Shown here piece by piece: positions 61,261 through 64,000 of a stretch of DNA of 64,000 nucleotides; within the stretch, counting starts at the first letter, position 1; every line of letters starts with the position of its first letter. The position numbers and the translations under genes are program-made. The notes under the pieces are model-generated. The model was not told where the DNA came from. It saw nothing but the letters and a program-made list of their open reading frames with translations, and ran no database searches. Source of the DNA: Candidatus Omnitrophota bacterium (GTDB taxonomy: Bacteria; Omnitrophota; Gorgyraeia; Zapsychrales; JAHFFX01); contig JAHFFY010000001.1 in NCBI GenBank assembly GCA_023247705.1, positions 97,358 to 161,357 of the forward strand, written 5' to 3'.

Positions 61261-62628
61261 TTACAGTTTACTTTGTAAGCTTGTATTTTTGGCGTTGGCG
61301 ATACAATCGTTCAAAGAGACACCTCCCCAATAATTTGCAGCAATATAAATATTTTTTAAACGATTCATCTCTTTTTGAATCACCCGGAACGCAGACAAAT
61401 ACGTAGAATCATATTGAGGAATGGCCTTAGGCCAAACCTTGATGAGCTGATCAATCGGATTATTCAAAGTTCCAAAAATCAATTGGATTTCTTCCTGCGC
61501 TATGGCAATGAGTTCTGGTTCTGATTTTTTTAGAATCTCCGGGTGACAAACACCTCCGATCATGACCCGTAATAGCACATAATCCTGTTCAGTTCTGTTA
61601 GGGAAGATTAAGCTCTCAAAAACAACGCCCAGGATTTCCTTGCTCTGCCAGGACGGGACTAAATATCCAAAACCGGACGGCTTTAATTTAAGATCACTTT
61701 TTTTATAGACTAAACCTGCCACGGCAATGGGAGCGTAATATATTTGTTCCAGTTGCGTGGAAAGATTCCGGTTTAAATTTTTTGTGATCTGCGCGGCCGA
61801 ATAAGCCGGGACGGTCAAGAATATTTCGTCAGCAGCATATGATTGCAGATTGGTCTCAACGATGAATCGCTGATCATGCGCGATGATGTTTGAAACACTC
61901 TCTTTTGTTTGAATATATTCCCAATATCTTCCATGAATGGTTTGAATTAACTGCGACATTCCGTTTTTCAATGATTTCAATTCTCCATTGATCATGGAGG
62001 AGGATTTTTTATGATGTGTATCTGGCTTTTTTTTTAGAAGCAGGCCTTTAATGAGCGAGCCATGTTTTTGTTCGAGTTCGTTCAGGGACGGAAAAGCGAG
62101 TCTAAGATTCAGCTGATGAATATCCCCGGCATAAATTCCGTTGACCATCGGATCAAAAAAGATTTTAGCGCATCCTTCGCCAAATCGCCTGGAACCGAAA
62201 TCATAAACAGTTTCATCGGGATGCCCTCCTGGCGCAACAACGACCTCCCCCAAGATCCGCACCTTCTGACGGATGGATAACGGTTTAAAAGATAAAAAAC
62301 TCTGGAAATCGCTGGGAAATGCATGGAGTTGATGATCGATGGCAATGAATCGCTTCTGGGAATCCGGATTCGCGCTGATGACATCGTTATTGAGATTCAA
62401 TTCTTCAATGAGGTTTCGAATGCTTTGTTTGGAATCCAGAAATCCATTCGGTCCGGTTTCAAATATCAAACCGTTACGATGAATGGTTTTGATCGTTCCC
62501 CCGATTTCAGGATTTCTTTCAATGAGCCGGATTTGAATATCGCTGCGATCACTGTAGCGTTGACGCAGATAATGTAAAAGACTCAATCCGCTGATTCCGC
62601 CACCGATAATGATGATCTTCTTGTTCAT
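61261..62628 (-). CDS. hemY: Protoporphyrinogen/coproporphyrinogen oxidase (HemY type)
   Basis: IIGGGISGLS, ETGPNGF, GIYAGD, GFGYLVP, AIPQY, GVSLNDCI. Confidence 0.93.
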   Translation of the reverse strand: MNKKIIIIGGGISGLSLLHYLRQRYSDRSDIQIRLIERNPEIGGTIKTIHRNGLIFETGPNGFLDSKQSIRNLIEELNLNNDVISANPDSQKRFIAIDHQLHAFPSDFQSFLSFKPLSIRQKVRILGEVVVAPGGHPDETVYDFGSRRFGEGCAKIFFDPMVNGIYAGDIHQLNLRLAFPSLNELEQKHGSLIKGLLLKKKPDTHHKKSSSMINGELKSLKNGMSQLIQTIHGRYWEYIQTKESVSNIIAHDQRFIVETNLQSYAADEIFLTVPAYSAAQITKNLNRNLSTQLEQIYYAPIAVAGLVYKKSDLKLKPSGFGYLVPSWQSKEILGVVFESLIFPNRTEQDYVLLRVMIGGVCHPEILKKSEPELIAIAQEEIQLIFGTLNNPIDQLIKVWPKAIPQYDSTYLSAFRVIQKEMNRLKNIYIAANYWGGVSLNDCIANAKNTSLQSKL

Positions 62629-62662
62629 AGTAAACCTTGGAATTGTTTAAGCGTAAGTTGAA

Positions 62663-63688
62663 TCAGGCAGAGTTGGTCCAGGGGAATTGATGGACTTGCT
62701 CAATGAGGAATTTGAGTTTTTCAACAGAAGTGTCAGGCAAAACCCCGTGGCTAAGGTTAAAAATATATTTTTGATGATGCCTAGCCCCCTGCAGGACTTT
62801 TTGGAGTTCCTGTTTAAGCATTCGTTTATCGGCATATAAAAGCAGATTGAAAAGATTTCCCTGAACGCCTAAACGTGTTTTCTCCAAGATCGGATCCTGC
62901 CCCAGGACAACTTCATGGCAGAGACTTAAAAAATGTGCCTCGGATTTTTCCATAAGCGCTAAAAGGTGTTGCGAACCACGCAAATAATAAATGGATGGCA
63001 ATTTAACCTGCGTAAAAATTTTTTGGACATACGGTAGAATAAAATTTTGATAATCGCTTGCTTTCAAAATGCCCGCCCAGGTATCGAACAATTGAAAGAC
63101 CTGGATCCCGGCCTGCTGTTGCAGTTTAAGATAGCGGATCGTATTTTCCGTTAAAATTGTCATCATCTTGTGAAAAGAGGACGGTTTCGTATAGAGGAAT
63201 CGAAAAGTTTTATTGAAATGAATGGATGATCCTCCTTCGATCAAATAGCACAATACGGTAAACGGGGCACCCGCAAAACCTATGAGCGGGAGATGGTCAG
63301 GGATTTGCTGTTTGATTTTATGAATCGTTTGGGAGACAGAATCCAGATTATCAAAATTATGGATTTTTTTTAAATCTGATTCCTTTTGAATAGGCGATGC
63401 AATCACCGGCCCCAATTGATCGGAAAAAGTTATCTTGAATCCCATCCGCGATGGTAACGTTAGAATATCCGCGAATAAAATAAGCGCGTCGACTTCCAGA
63501 GACTTGAGCGGCAGACAGGTGATCTTCGCGGCTAAATCTGGATTGCCGAACATCTCTTCCAGTCGGTGCTTTTCCTTGATTTTGCGATAAGCCGGCAAAT
63601 AGCGTCCGGCCTGCCGCATGAACCAGACCGGAACCGTTTTATTGGTTCCCGTGAACGCCTGTAATAAAATGGATGTTTTAGAACTCAT
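62663..63688 (-). CDS. hemE: Uroporphyrinogen decarboxylase
   Basis: PVWFMRQAGRYLP, FADIL, IGFAGAPFT, QLFDTWAG, QGN, IFNLSHG. Confidence 0.97.
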   Translation of the reverse strand: MSSKTSILLQAFTGTNKTVPVWFMRQAGRYLPAYRKIKEKHRLEEMFGNPDLAAKITCLPLKSLEVDALILFADILTLPSRMGFKITFSDQLGPVIASPIQKESDLKKIHNFDNLDSVSQTIHKIKQQIPDHLPLIGFAGAPFTVLCYLIEGGSSIHFNKTFRFLYTKPSSFHKMMTILTENTIRYLKLQQQAGIQVFQLFDTWAGILKASDYQNFILPYVQKIFTQVKLPSIYYLRGSQHLLALMEKSEAHFLSLCHEVVLGQDPILEKTRLGVQGNLFNLLLYADKRMLKQELQKVLQGARHHQKYIFNLSHGVLPDTSVEKLKFLIEQVHQFPWTNSA

Positions 63689-63702
63689 TTTGGGATCAAA
63701 GA

Positions 63703-64000
63703 TTAAATTGTTTTTGAAAAACGGTGCTGGCTTTTGGCTTTCTGCAGGTATTGATCGAATCCCATACAGATATTACGGATGAAGATTTTGCCTAGTTCCG
63801 AGGCCTTCAGTTTGTCTTGATCGACATATAACAAACGATCCCTGAGGCAATTGGCAATATGTATTTCTTCCGAGGTAAAATATTCATCGAAATTTAAATG
63901 AAACCGATCCGTAAATTGTTTTTTATCAATTTCCAATCGGCACATTAGATGGCTAATGACCCATCGTCGCATTTCATCATCACTGGAAAGAACTTTGCCA
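63703..64000 (-). CDS. hemN: Oxygen-independent coproporphyrinogen III oxidase, C-terminal part (5' end outside window)
   Basis: DD..RRWVI..LMC, GKIFIRNICMGFDQYL, RFSKTI*; upstream of hemE. Confidence 0.9.
   Translation of the reverse strand, partial: GKVLSSDDEMRRWVISHLMCRLEIDKKQFTDRFHLNFDEYFTSEEIHIANCLRDRLLYVDQDKLKASELGKIFIRNICMGFDQYLQKAKSQHRFSKTI

Overview
A 64-kb, gene-dense stretch of core bacterial chromosome with almost all genes on the minus strand. The organism is a diderm; the gene order and several fusions suggest a PVC-superphylum lineage such as Omnitrophota, which is inference only. Contents in order: a xanthine-dehydrogenase-family molybdoenzyme operon (cut at the window edge), trxB, 2-oxoacid:ferredoxin oxidoreductase, bioB, two glycosyltransferases, a 618-aa uncharacterised FMN/Fe-S-like protein, FIST-iscA-thiC, fur-mntH-usp, purA, serA, a class V aminotransferase, clpP, tig, a ~16.4-kb LPS/Kdo/Lpt cluster, xerC-topA-dprA, aroK, ppa, ychF, yciH, Moco genes, an ABC pair, several small genes, htpX, glgP and hemY-hemE-hemN. 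I found no tRNA, rRNA, CRISPR array, transposase or prophage. The most notable items are three fusions in the LPS cluster (LptC-LptA, GT4-GT9, LpxL-ELM1), a trigger factor lacking its FKBP domain, a MobA-MoaD fusion and an HtpX with an EF-hand. Also notable are a probably inactive EEP protein, a 99-nt rod-like structured element upstream of ychF, inverted repeats in the spacers of several predicted promoters, apparently leaderless genes, and two poly-A frameshifts (ppa, glgP). All calls come from reading motifs by eye; no database search was run.
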